From a virus (taxonomy: Duplodnaviria > Caudoviricetes): a DNA stretch of 64,000 bases. The notes beneath the pieces were generated by a model. That model had not been told where the DNA came from and did no database searches. It worked only from the letters and a program-made list of their open reading frames with translations. The stretch lies in IMG/VR virus record IMGVR_UViG_3300012006_000003, positions 96-64,095 of that record; one strand, 5' to 3'. Below, piece after piece: positions 39,427 through 49,205 of this stretch. Positions within the stretch are counted from its first letter, which is position 1. Every line of letters starts with the position of its first letter. A program made the translations under genes and the position numbers.

Positions 39427-40443
39427 TTATAATATTCTTGTGCTATTGTAGTTATAACTTTTAAACATGTCATAATACTTAGCATACTGTGCTCTTCTGT
39501 TAGCCATCCATAAGCCTTTCATTTCTGCAAAGTTTGGAGTATTCACAATTGATAAAGCATAATTTCTAGCAGCTTTAAGTCTTTGCTCAATAAGTGATAA
39601 CTTTTGAGATACATCCTCACCATTAAGATACAAGTTTTCAAATATTCTTTGCTTCATAGCATACTCATAGTATTCATTGATCTCATCATGATCTGGAACT
39701 AATAAGTTACCATCAGTATCTTCTAGTGCTCCTTGGTAATTAAGATATACTTTACCACATTCAAATGTAGTATGTAAAAATCCGTCTTTAAGCCATGCAG
39801 TATTTGCTGCATTTAAATAAAGATTTGGACAATCACATTCTATATTCTGAGATGCTTTAAATCTTAATGGTAGTATTGCTGTATAAACTCTTGTTACTCC
39901 TGTAGGTAATACTTGTATCAATTCAAATTGTTCACCTTTACAGTTAGAGAATACCCTAGGTTTAATACATGTATCACCAAATGGGTTATTAGGATCAAAT
40001 CCAGGAACTACTACTGGAGAACAATCTGTAACATGACCTTGACAAGCTGCAGTATGATTACATGGATTAGCATTACATGTTCTACAGTTAACAGTTGGAG
40101 GAGCACATTGATCTATAGTACTTGGTACCTCATTATACGGTACTTCCATTATAGTAGTACCACCGTGTTGGTAACCCACATGTTCTTCAAAAGTACCACA
40201 TATAGATCCAAAGTTCATAGTAAAGAAATCATCAGGTAATTTAACCTTATGATGCTCTACTTCTAATATAACTTCTTTAGTCATATTGATTCTTAACCCT
40301 AAGTCATATGTGACTCTCCTAGCAACTTTAATAAGTTGTTGAGGCTCTATCATATTTTCAAGAGCAAATGTGTTTAAATCAATTGTAACATCTTCCAGTA
40401 GCTGGTCAAATGTTCTTAGCTTTAGAGTATAATTAAAGTCCAT
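39427..40443 (-). CDS. Tail ring/tubular protein with Cys-rich insertion
   Basis: 338 aa; GKVYLNY...DGNLLVPDH motif; synteny just upstream of the muzzle gene. Confidence 0.65.
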   Translation of the reverse strand: MDFNYTLKLRTFDQLLEDVTIDLNTFALENMIEPQQLIKVARRVTYDLGLRINMTKEVILEVEHHKVKLPDDFFTMNFGSICGTFEEHVGYQHGGTTIMEVPYNEVPSTIDQCAPPTVNCRTCNANPCNHTAACQGHVTDCSPVVVPGFDPNNPFGDTCIKPRVFSNCKGEQFELIQVLPTGVTRVYTAILPLRFKASQNIECDCPNLYLNAANTAWLKDGFLHTTFECGKVYLNYQGALEDTDGNLLVPDHDEINEYYEYAMKQRIFENLYLNGEDVSQKLSLIEQRLKAARNYALSIVNTPNFAEMKGLWMANRRAQYAKYYDMFKSYNYNSTRIL

Positions 40444-41114
40444 TATCTTAATGAGTTTTGACTATCATCTGAACCATTAGTAGGTATACTGATAGACATA
40501 GTTAATTCTTTTAATACATATTGTTCAATCTCACCAAATAGATAATCTGGAAAAGGTAATTGATCATCATTTCTAAACTTGCATTCCTCTGAAGTATCAC
40601 AGGTAAAACCTGATATATTACCTTCAAATACACCTTCAACTTTAATTGCTTCCCACTGTACATTTGGCATATATAAGTAACCATTCAAATACCAGAAATA
40701 TTTTCTAGTATTATATTTAAAACTTGTAACTTTAGTCATTGATGAATATGTACCTGGATCAGTTCTGAATAATTCTACTGATGTATCTAATGAAGATACA
40801 GTACGTATAAGTGGACCATTAAGTCCATCAAAAAACTTAGGTAGCTTTTCTTTAGTTCTTTTTATATAGCATCCAGATGTAATTCCTACACATCCAGCTT
40901 CAACTTTATCTATGTCAATTAACTCAACATAAGTCAATGTAGAAAATATTGAACTAATCTTCATTAACCTATTCTGATTGTCTTCTCTTTTTAATAGAGA
41001 CTTGCCATATTTAGATATAGCAAAGTATATAGTTCTATCAGTTAAGAATGGATCTTCCTTAACTGCTTTAAGAGCATTTCTTACTCTTGATATTGCTTCT
41101 CCTATAGTTGTCAT
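40443..41114 (-). CDS. Tail ring/adaptor protein
   Basis: 223 aa; KYFWYLNGYLY motif; sits between the IHF-like and tubular protein genes as in crAss-like phages. Confidence 0.6.
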   Translation of the reverse strand: MTTIGEAISRVRNALKAVKEDPFLTDRTIYFAISKYGKSLLKREDNQNRLMKISSIFSTLTYVELIDIDKVEAGCVGITSGCYIKRTKEKLPKFFDGLNGPLIRTVSSLDTSVELFRTDPGTYSSMTKVTSFKYNTRKYFWYLNGYLYMPNVQWEAIKVEGVFEGNISGFTCDTSEECKFRNDDQLPFPDYLFGEIEQYVLKELTMSISIPTNGSDDSQNSLR

Positions 41115-41698
41115 ATGTCAAATTCATTATATGTTTCTAATCTTTTATTATCTCTATCTTGTGCATAGCTTTTTTTAATAGCATACTCAAACATCTTACG
41201 TATTTTTTTCATTGGATCAACCTGAATATAAATAGGCCAATTTGTTGAATATGTTTTAGCAACTCCTCTTTTAAATAATCTACATCCATTGAATGCCCAG
41301 CATTCTCTATTGCTGAATCTGTATTTATTTTGTAGTGTTGTATAAAATATCTTTGCTAGTTTACCGTCTGTATCCCAGTTATTATTTGTAACTATTACAC
41401 CGTACTTAGTTGACTTAGCAAAATCAATATTTTTTTTCTTGCTTGTTTGACAGGTCCCTATAAATATGTGCCCAATGTTTTCTGGTAACTCTACACCATC
41501 TCTTGTATCAATTACAGTTTCCCAAAACACTTTATGAAAAGTATTGCAAATAGTTCTTAGGTCTTTATCACTTACATCTTTAAATCTTTTATGCTTTTCT
41601 CTAAATGCATTGAAGAATTTTTGATTCAAGATGTGATGTACTTCAGGTCTAAATCTTTTACCTTTTACATCTGGCCCTTTAAATACTTTACTTTCCAT
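41111..41698 (-). CDS. IHF/HU-like DNA-binding protein
   Basis: 195 aa, basic; two helices followed by GVELPENIGHIFI, resembling the HU/IHF beta-arm start; IHF-like genes are conserved at this position in crAss-like phages. Confidence 0.55.
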   Translation of the reverse strand: MESKVFKGPDVKGKRFRPEVHHILNQKFFNAFREKHKRFKDVSDKDLRTICNTFHKVFWETVIDTRDGVELPENIGHIFIGTCQTSKKKNIDFAKSTKYGVIVTNNNWDTDGKLAKIFYTTLQNKYRFSNRECWAFNGCRLFKRGVAKTYSTNWPIYIQVDPMKKIRKMFEYAIKKSYAQDRDNKRLETYNEFDI

Positions 41699-41709
41699 AT
41701 CCTATATAT

Positions 41710-41717
41710 TAATATAC
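41710..41717 (-). promoter_or_regulatory. Candidate promoter motif (GTATATTA)
   Basis: TTTTTAGTATATTA upstream of the IHF-like gene, following a terminator. Confidence 0.45.
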
Positions 41718-41781
41718 TAAAAATTTCAGACTTATAAAAGTTTACAAGTCAAAACAAATATAGTACTTATAACTCATATAT

Positions 41782-41816
41782 AAAAAATAACCCCGGTAAT
41801 GAGCACATACCGGGGT
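41782..41816 (-). terminator. Rho-independent terminator
   Basis: Minus strand ACCCCGGTA-N9-TACCGGGGT followed by TATTTTTT, just downstream of the 41858 gene. Confidence 0.75.
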
Positions 41817-41857
41817 CTTGTTGTTAGCCACAGAAACCAACAAACTGCGACATATTT

Positions 41858-42886
41858 TTAAACTATACTAGTTATTAATCCATTGGTTACTGTAATTGTT
41901 TGAGCACCTACTACAAAAGAACCTGAAGCTCCAGTTGTATATGCTGAAGTAACTTTATTCCAATTTGCTTCCCCATTTCCAGTAACATCAGTTAACACTT
42001 TACCTATACCTTCAGTACCGTCAACTAATTTTAAAGAATAATTTAAAGCAGCACCAGTAGCAGAAAATATAGCTCCTGTATTTTTAGTTCCTGCACCTGT
42101 AAGAAAACTAAAAACACCAATATTAGTACCTGAAGAACCCACAACAGTATTATATATACCTATTCCTTGACCAGCCAAAGATGCATCTAAAGTTGTGCGA
42201 ATACCTGTGTTATTAAGAACATTTGCAGTATTTTCTAAAAATAAAATAGCTGGTCTATTAGTAGCATTTAGTATTTTAACATAACCATCTTGTGCTGCTG
42301 GTGCAGGAGCAACTCCAATACCTATAGATGAATTGTTATCTTGAATCAAACCGGTTCCTAATGCAGTACCACTTGGAGTCCAACGTGCAAGATAATTATT
42401 TGTACCTGAACCTGTAATACTACTAGTAGAAGATAAAACTCCTGACCCATCAATACTTAATCCAGTTCCAACTTTTATACCTCCTAATACTGTAGAACTA
42501 GCTGTTGGTAGTGTGTATGGAGTACTAGTTGCAACAAGTGGACTAGCTGGTGTACCAAGACCAGTGATAGTTGTACCATCTACTGAAATTCTAATAATAG
42601 GGTTTCGTGGATCAGTATTATCAGTATTTAAACCTGTAACAGATTGAACAAGTCCAGATATTTCTTCACAGAAATAAGACACAATACTATCTAGTGCTTC
42701 AGCTACTGAAGAGTCTTGTGCTACTACAATATCTAAACCACATTCTATATCAGGTAATGTAAATACGATACACTGTGCATCAAATACTTCTGAACACGGT
42801 TGAGGATTTGGACAAGCCGCTGGAGTTGGGCATGGTGGTAAAGAAGGATAAGCTTCTTGACAACCGCATTTTATACATGTATTCAT
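41858..42886 (-). CDS. Tail/head fibre protein
   Basis: 342 aa; Cys-rich N-terminus, YTLPTASSTVLGGIKVG fibre motif, GSGTNNYLARWT, G/A-rich beta-helix-like repeats, C-terminal ITVTNGLITSI. Confidence 0.65.
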   Translation of the reverse strand: MNTCIKCGCQEAYPSLPPCPTPAACPNPQPCSEVFDAQCIVFTLPDIECGLDIVVAQDSSVAEALDSIVSYFCEEISGLVQSVTGLNTDNTDPRNPIIRISVDGTTITGLGTPASPLVATSTPYTLPTASSTVLGGIKVGTGLSIDGSGVLSSTSSITGSGTNNYLARWTPSGTALGTGLIQDNNSSIGIGVAPAPAAQDGYVKILNATNRPAILFLENTANVLNNTGIRTTLDASLAGQGIGIYNTVVGSSGTNIGVFSFLTGAGTKNTGAIFSATGAALNYSLKLVDGTEGIGKVLTDVTGNGEANWNKVTSAYTTGASGSFVVGAQTITVTNGLITSIV

Positions 42887-42894
42887 AATATTTT

Positions 42895-44343
42895 TTATTT
42901 AACTTTTTGAATTGTCATTCTTGCTGTATCACTTGCGTTTGATACATATGAAGCATCTGTAAAATTAACTATTGTAAGACATAATTGAGTACCTGCTGTA
43001 ATTGTAACGCCTAACATACAACCGTTTAAATAAACAAGTCTTGTAATGTTTCCTATTGCAACAGTTGATGCTATTTCAATATCTGTTGCACCTACATTAG
43101 TTATACCAGCTACTACAGAACCACTATTAAAACATGATACTGGTTTTTGAAGTTGTATAAAAAAACTTAAATTATATACGCCTGTAGCAGGACAAGTCCA
43201 TATACCTGTTATTGGATTATATGCATTATCTTCATCATAAATCTCAGGCATTATTTGTATAGTACCATCTGCTAAACTAGTAGATATTGTAGGAGTAATA
43301 TTAGCAAGATCAGTTGGAGCACCACTTGCAAACATAGCACCTGGTACAATAACATCAGCTGTTAAAGTATACGTTGGTCCTACACCTACTGATAAATTAA
43401 CAGTAGCTGTATCAGCTATTGATGGAGCTTGAGGTATTACATCGGCACTTACTATATAAGTTGGCCCACCTGTAACAGTCATATTGATTGTTGTAGTATC
43501 TAATGCAGCTACTGTAACTGGAGTTTGATTTCTTAAATCCTCTATACATGCCCAGATATTATTTATTGTACCAGCAATAGTTCCAGTTGGTGCAGTCCAT
43601 AAACCTGCATACTGTGCAGACATTTGTGCAGCTGGATTAACTTTAGATAAGTCAGTAGATGCAACAGTTTGATTTGAAATTGTTGCAGCTAATTGGCCAC
43701 TGTTACCAGTAATAGCAACAAAAGGAAACCATATTTGATTAATGTATGATTGAACAACAGTTTCAACAGGTTGTGTACCACTTAATGATGGTATTGAAGG
43801 TAATGTTTGAGATAATGTTACTTCTAATACTGGAATAACAGGAGCAGGTGCATCTTCTAATGTAGTTACCCTAACATCCAAATCATTAATAGCAGCTTGT
43901 TGTAATGTATTTGTATCAATGATTGCACAAACCTTTTCTCCAATAGCAATTGCATATTCAGTAAGAGTCATTGTTGTTGCAGTTCCTACAACAAAACAAG
44001 AAGCTACAGTAACAATACAATCAGTTGGACAACCAGTTGAATCACCAGGTGTACTTGGCGTACTTGGAACATTTTCAAGTTCACAAATCTTTACAATTAA
44101 AAAGTTAATTAAATCAGTAAATGTTTGTGGAGCACAGTTGACTAAATTGAAACAACTTATATCATATGCTGAAATATTAAATGTATCTAACAGAGTACAT
44201 AGTTCAGTAGCTAGTTTTGCAACTACATCTGTAACACTATCACCTTTACATACATTTATACATGCTAAATCAGGACCACCCCAAATTACACAATTTGAAG
44301 ATGTTGGTGAGCATGGAGAATTATCAAAGTTTAATGGTTTCAT
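42895..44343 (-). CDS. Fibre/spike protein with C-terminal C1q/TNF-like domain
   Basis: 482 aa; N-terminal CVIWGGPDLAC motif, short coiled coil, C-terminal YNPITGIWTCPATGVYNLSF typical of C1q-like domains. Confidence 0.65.
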   Translation of the reverse strand: MKPLNFDNSPCSPTSSNCVIWGGPDLACINVCKGDSVTDVVAKLATELCTLLDTFNISAYDISCFNLVNCAPQTFTDLINFLIVKICELENVPSTPSTPGDSTGCPTDCIVTVASCFVVGTATTMTLTEYAIAIGEKVCAIIDTNTLQQAAINDLDVRVTTLEDAPAPVIPVLEVTLSQTLPSIPSLSGTQPVETVVQSYINQIWFPFVAITGNSGQLAATISNQTVASTDLSKVNPAAQMSAQYAGLWTAPTGTIAGTINNIWACIEDLRNQTPVTVAALDTTTINMTVTGGPTYIVSADVIPQAPSIADTATVNLSVGVGPTYTLTADVIVPGAMFASGAPTDLANITPTISTSLADGTIQIMPEIYDEDNAYNPITGIWTCPATGVYNLSFFIQLQKPVSCFNSGSVVAGITNVGATDIEIASTVAIGNITRLVYLNGCMLGVTITAGTQLCLTIVNFTDASYVSNASDTARMTIQKVK

Positions 44344-44377
44344 ATCTTTTGTATATATTATAATATAAGTATTTTAA

Positions 44378-45898
44378 TTAAGAATTACAACCACATCCAC
44401 AATCATTATCTCTTTGACAACAGTTGCTTGTTGGCGCACATAAATAATCAGGGTTGTTAATTGCTTGTAATTCAAGTAATTGGAACTTGATGTCAAGGCG
44501 CATGATTTCTTCTTCAGGACAACATGGTGCTATACCATATCTTTGTGATATAACATCTCTATAAAGTATCTCAGAATACTCACATGCAATTCTTTCATAG
44601 TATTGAGTTGTACACGCAGGTGAATTATATCCTGGTCTTACACTTCTTATAGGTTTTGGAACTACACATTGACCATCTACACAGTCTCCACAGTTTGTAG
44701 TTATTTTTGGTAAAGTCCAGTCTCCTGGAAAGATCCATTTTAATACACACTGTTGTGCACTTTGTTCACCAGCTGTAAGTATAATGCTTCCATAAACATT
44801 ATCACAATCCAAATATCCAAATGTTTGAGTAGTAGTAGAGTTATTAGTTATAGCACTACATATACATGGAGAAGTAAGTGCACACTCTAAACATGTAGCA
44901 TAAGTATCTCCAACTATTACTAAATCATCTGATGTATTAACTGTAGTTTCCTCAATAGTCCAACATGTATCAGGGTAAAATGTAAGTTTAATTATTTGAC
45001 CAACATATACTGCTAAATTTGTTGTTGTGTAGATAGCACCTCTTATTTCATCACAATCATATAAAACATATCTTTGAGCTTCACACTCAGGACAACTATC
45101 AAAACTACTTATTATAGTTACTACTGATGGTGAAGGGTAAATACTTGAAAATACAGTAACATTAAAACATCCTGGATGTTCTTCCATTGTTACAGTCTTA
45201 CCTATATAAGCAGATAAGTCTTGTTGAGTAAATACTGTTAATGGGTTTGATGTTCCACAAGATTGTAATTTATAATAATTAGGAGGATTACATGTAGCAC
45301 ATGAATCAAATGTTTGTGTAACTGTTGTACTTACATAAGGCAACTCTTCATCACATGCTAGCAATAAAACAATTGTCCAGCATCCTGTAAATTCTGCTAA
45401 CTTAACAGTTTCATTTAATGCATAAGGAAAAGCAAGATCTTGATTGTATGAATATATTACTTCATCTGTATCACAGTTTGTTAATTCATAACATGATGTT
45501 GGACAACCTGATATTAAATTACATGTTTCACCTACAAATATTTCATTATCTAATCCTGATACTATAGGATAAGAGTATGAACAAATTTTAACTGGTGCTG
45601 TTACTGTTTCAACAACATAACCATCATTAATTGTAATATAAGAAACATTACCTGTACCTGTAATAGTATAGCATTTAGGCACACAAGCACCACAGGGTAT
45701 TTCATAGAATATTGAAACCGGAGTAATAATACTTGGTGCAGAATCATAATTTAATATATACCAACAGGGAACTGGGTCTAAATTAGTATAGGCTAAGTCA
45801 CCAACATTAGCTGCACACTCTGGACAACCTGCATCATCAGTATATACAACTTGATCATTAATACAATTGACTAACTTATAAAAAAAATTTCTTGCCAT
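44378..45898 (-). CDS. Cysteine-rich structural protein with tandem ~65-70-aa repeats
   Basis: 506 aa, roughly 10% Cys; repeats of YxLxxC...LxxYxGxxxxL...CWxI...FDSCxxC. Confidence 0.6.
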   Translation of the reverse strand: MARNFFYKLVNCINDQVVYTDDAGCPECAANVGDLAYTNLDPVPCWYILNYDSAPSIITPVSIFYEIPCGACVPKCYTITGTGNVSYITINDGYVVETVTAPVKICSYSYPIVSGLDNEIFVGETCNLISGCPTSCYELTNCDTDEVIYSYNQDLAFPYALNETVKLAEFTGCWTIVLLLACDEELPYVSTTVTQTFDSCATCNPPNYYKLQSCGTSNPLTVFTQQDLSAYIGKTVTMEEHPGCFNVTVFSSIYPSPSVVTIISSFDSCPECEAQRYVLYDCDEIRGAIYTTTNLAVYVGQIIKLTFYPDTCWTIEETTVNTSDDLVIVGDTYATCLECALTSPCICSAITNNSTTTQTFGYLDCDNVYGSIILTAGEQSAQQCVLKWIFPGDWTLPKITTNCGDCVDGQCVVPKPIRSVRPGYNSPACTTQYYERIACEYSEILYRDVISQRYGIAPCCPEEEIMRLDIKFQLLELQAINNPDYLCAPTSNCCQRDNDCGCGCNS

Positions 45899-45904
45899 TA
45901 TGTT

Positions 45905-46039
45905 TTATTTTTTTGGTTGTTGCTTAAGCTTCACTTCATATGCTGTAATACAGTTAGTACATACTTGAGCTTTATTTGATGCAACTCTTTTTTGACATCC
46001 GCAAGAAAGAGCTTTTTTACAATTAGGACATGCTGCCAT
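45905..46039 (-). CDS. Small Cys-rich (zinc-finger-like) protein, 44 aa
   Basis: Not in the ORF track; translates MAACPNCKKALSCGCQKRVASNKAQVCTNCITAYEVKLKQQPKK* and fills the gap between two minus-strand genes. Confidence 0.7.
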   Translation of the reverse strand: MAACPNCKKALSCGCQKRVASNKAQVCTNCITAYEVKLKQQPKK

Positions 46040-46058
46040 TTTTATTGGTTTTAATGGG

Positions 46059-46601
46059 TTAACAACTTTTACAATTAATTTTTTTCATCAACTTTACAGC
46101 ATAGTTGTAAAGAGACATTCCTTGATTAGCTTCATGACAGAATTCTACTTTTGCTTTAGCAGCATCCAAGTACATCTTAGCCATTTTAAGACTCTCAAGT
46201 TTTTGTTGAATTACTTGAGACGGTTCACATGCAGCAAGATCTAAGTTACATAAAATAGTATTATAAGTATTTAATGCTTTAGATATTCTTAAGTGATTGT
46301 ATTCTACAAATACTATATCATTAGGTGATACACTATACTTGATAACGTATATACCATCAGGTATATCAGCTAATACAGTTGCACAATTCTGTGTTTGTAA
46401 TTGTAAATCACATGCTGTAAGTATTGTATTATCACCTGGTACAATTGTAAGTTGTGTAGAATAATTAAATCCTGGTACCGTTACATTTAATGTAGGGCAC
46501 GTAACTGGAATTAACGGTGTATAAATACTTGTATCAAGTATAGACATGATGCAAGGATTTAATACAGTTGGGACTTCTAAACTTAATATATGTTGAGCCA
46601 T
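46059..46601 (-). CDS. Structural protein (possible tail hub/fibre-attachment protein)
   Basis: 180 aa; IPDGIYVIKYSV motif and C-terminal helical Cys-containing region; structural module context. Confidence 0.5.
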   Translation of the reverse strand: MAQHILSLEVPTVLNPCIMSILDTSIYTPLIPVTCPTLNVTVPGFNYSTQLTIVPGDNTILTACDLQLQTQNCATVLADIPDGIYVIKYSVSPNDIVFVEYNHLRISKALNTYNTILCNLDLAACEPSQVIQQKLESLKMAKMYLDAAKAKVEFCHEANQGMSLYNYAVKLMKKINCKSC

Positions 46602-46611
46602 AATGTTTTAT

Positions 46612-46646
46612 AAAAAAAGGGAGGGAAAACTAATTCACCTCCCTTT
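46612..46646 (-). terminator. Rho-independent terminator
   Basis: Minus strand AAAGGGAGG-loop-CCTCCCTTTTTTT, directly after the 46672 gene. Confidence 0.75.
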
Positions 46647-46671
46647 GTTAGTATTGTAAGATAACTACTTA

Positions 46672-47976
46672 TTAAGCAGTAATGTCAATTAAAGGAACAC
46701 AAGCTGTGATAGCTTCAATTACTTCTAACTCAACACATTGACCACAGTTTGCAGTCCACTCATTAACAAATTGTTCAAATGTAGCATCAGGACCATTAGT
46801 AATAATCTCTAATAAATATTGATCATTATCAAATGTACCAGTTGGGTTATTGAAACGTGGAACTGAATGTTGTAAATAGTATCTTGTATAGAAAGCTGTT
46901 CTATTGATAGTATTTAAGATTTGATCTCCTTGAGTCACCTCTCTGATTCTGAAATCTGTAGCAAAGAAGTTTTGTCTGTATCTCTCAGATAAGATTACAT
47001 CTCTAGCAACTGATTCACCAAGACCCATTGCTTGTAAACCTGTACACTCAGTAACAACACATAATCCTTCAAATTCACATGGAGCACCATTGTAATCAAC
47101 TAATGAAGCATACAATTTAACTGGCTCTTTTTCAAAGAAGTCAGAAGTTTGGAATGTACAGTCATTGAAGTCTGTACCAACATAAGCACCAAATAAAGTA
47201 ATACCTGCGTATTGACCTATTACGTGTCCTGGAGATACATAGTTATCCCAAGTACCACCGATTGTGTAACCAGCTGGAGCAACAAATGTACTTGTATCTG
47301 TTCCTGGAGCATACCATAAAGAATTATCTTCAGCAGTAACTACTGGTAATACAAATGGAGAGATAACTGTTCTTGCAGAATTTACAATTGTATTTGGTAA
47401 AATCTCACCAACAATTGCTTGAGCCCATTGGATCATTACTAAAGTACCATCAACATCTACTGGAGCAATTGCTCCTGCTGGACAACATCCTGTGTAAGCT
47501 TCAACAGTTAAGTATGCATTGTGATTTAAGAATCTTAATGCTGGAGATCCTTTAACGTCAATACGTAAAGAATAAGTCTCATCACATAAAAAATCTCTTT
47601 CACATGTACCACCTTGAGCTTCAGTGAATGGAGTGAATCCAATGTTAATTACATTTTGTTGAGCTGGATTAGGATCTACTCTGTAAAATCTATTAATGTA
47701 TTTAGGATTAATAGTTTTAGATTTGTTAGATTCTAAGTACCCACCATGAGAACCAATCTTGTCTTTAGAATACAATGATCCTGAAGCAAGAATTAAAGGG
47801 CAACATCCTGTAGGTGCTGAGTTAATATTAACTAAATCCCAAGTTTTTGGATCAACAAAAGCAAAGTCACCTGTAGCAAGAATGTTACCTGGTGTACCTA
47901 GTTGTCCATTTCCTAAATCTGTGAAACCTTGTGTTCCAACAAAAGCCTTTTGAAAGGCATGATTAAAATAAGCCAT
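46672..47976 (-). CDS. Abundant virion structural protein (auxiliary capsid protein candidate)
   Basis: 434 aa; has its own promoter-like leader and terminator; codon usage resembles the MCP gene (many TTC/AAC/TAC); in the capsid-tail module. Confidence 0.55.
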   Translation of the reverse strand: MAYFNHAFQKAFVGTQGFTDLGNGQLGTPGNILATGDFAFVDPKTWDLVNINSAPTGCCPLILASGSLYSKDKIGSHGGYLESNKSKTINPKYINRFYRVDPNPAQQNVINIGFTPFTEAQGGTCERDFLCDETYSLRIDVKGSPALRFLNHNAYLTVEAYTGCCPAGAIAPVDVDGTLVMIQWAQAIVGEILPNTIVNSARTVISPFVLPVVTAEDNSLWYAPGTDTSTFVAPAGYTIGGTWDNYVSPGHVIGQYAGITLFGAYVGTDFNDCTFQTSDFFEKEPVKLYASLVDYNGAPCEFEGLCVVTECTGLQAMGLGESVARDVILSERYRQNFFATDFRIREVTQGDQILNTINRTAFYTRYYLQHSVPRFNNPTGTFDNDQYLLEIITNGPDATFEQFVNEWTANCGQCVELEVIEAITACVPLIDITA

Positions 47977-48008
47977 AACTTTTTAATTTTAATTTATAAA
48001 CATATATA

Positions 48009-48016
48009 TAATATAC
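48009..48016 (-). promoter_or_regulatory. Candidate promoter motif (GTATATTA)
   Basis: TTTTAGTATATTA upstream of the 47976 gene; the same string occurs at ~41710-41722. Confidence 0.45.
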
Positions 48017-48039
48017 TAAAACATTTTGTTTTAGCAAAA

Positions 48040-48492
48040 TTATTTTAAAAATAATAATTTATACTTAGCTGAGTTAAGAGATGACTTAACTAAATCTAAA
48101 TCATTTACTATCTCAGAGTAAGGCATTTTAGATTGCAAACTTGTTACCATTGTAACTAAGTCTCTAATATAACTTAAACCTTCTGTAGGTGATGCAAGAG
48201 TTCTTGGTGCTACTTCTGAATACTCAAGTATTCTTTCTGCTGCTCCTTGATATCCTTCTGCTAGGTCATCTGCATGTCCTGGTAAGGCATCATATAATTC
48301 ATTTAAAGCTTTATGTGCAGCAAATGCTCCGGCACCTTGAACTTTTAAATGTAGTTTATGAAAACTAGTTGCAGCATTCATTAATTCAGTTACACAAGCA
48401 GCGGTAGTAGAATCTATTGATCCTCCACTTGGAGCTGAATAAGATGCAGTAGATGATGTAGTATCTCTTTTAAGTAATTTGGGTTTTTCCAT
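48040..48492 (-). CDS. Ferritin/Dps-like four-helix-bundle protein (DUF5856-like)
   Basis: FHKLHL...AHKALNELYDAL..HADDLAEGYQG matches the Dps-type H..H/D...E ferroxidase-site pattern. Confidence 0.7.
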   Translation of the reverse strand: MEKPKLLKRDTTSSTASYSAPSGGSIDSTTAACVTELMNAATSFHKLHLKVQGAGAFAAHKALNELYDALPGHADDLAEGYQGAAERILEYSEVAPRTLASPTEGLSYIRDLVTMVTSLQSKMPYSEIVNDLDLVKSSLNSAKYKLLFLK

Positions 48493-48503
48493 TGTTATAT
48501 ATA

Positions 48504-49202
48504 TTAATTATTTCTTTCTGCTGTTTCTGTTCCTCTAGAGAATTGGTTACCAGATTCAATATCACCAGCTAATACACTTACAGCCTCATCAATTAAAACC
48601 TCTACAATATCATCTTTAAATTCACATTCAACATTAGTTACCGTTTGTGTTCCTGTATAAGGATCTACACAACCTTGTACTTCTATTCTTACTGGTTGTC
48701 TGTAATACGTTAATGCACCAGAACTAATATCAAAATCATTATTGGTATATACATTAACTCTATTACTCTTTAAAGTAGCAAATGTTTCTGCCCATTCAAA
48801 GCTAGGTTTCTTAGCATCATCAAAAAGCAACTGATTTAAGTTACCTTCCTCTGCAAGATACACTGACATTCTTCTATCATCACAACATCCTTTCTTAGCA
48901 GTAACATCTACACGTTTCCATTGTAGATAATCAGCAGGTAAGTCTGAGTAAGATGATATATCAGATTTAACAAATGGTATATTAATAGTACCTAGTAATA
49001 ATTGTAAATCATCTATTCTTCTAGTTGATTGTTCATCACCTTCTTGCACAACATTAATACCGTGAAGTTGTCTTCTGACCCATTCTACTTGAGCTTTATT
49101 AAACGCCTCTACAACCTGCCAACATTCAATGTTGTCATAGTCTTGACTATCTAATTTGTTTAGCCTTTGTTTTACTTTTATTACTAATACACTATTTTGC
49201 AT
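48504..49202 (-). CDS. Head-tail connector / ring protein
   Basis: 232 aa; LNKLDSQ...FNKAQ...LPADYL...LTYYRQP...CE pattern typical of crAss-like ring proteins. Confidence 0.65.
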   Translation of the reverse strand: MQNSVLVIKVKQRLNKLDSQDYDNIECWQVVEAFNKAQVEWVRRQLHGINVVQEGDEQSTRRIDDLQLLLGTINIPFVKSDISSYSDLPADYLQWKRVDVTAKKGCCDDRRMSVYLAEEGNLNQLLFDDAKKPSFEWAETFATLKSNRVNVYTNNDFDISSGALTYYRQPVRIEVQGCVDPYTGTQTVTNVECEFKDDIVEVLIDEAVSVLAGDIESGNQFSRGTETAERNN

Positions 49203-49205
49203 GTG

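Noticed and set aside
41699-41857. Possible tRNA or ncRNA in the largest intergenic gap
   Set aside because: The gap is explained by a terminator plus a promoter-like motif; no cloverleaf or T-loop consensus is visible.
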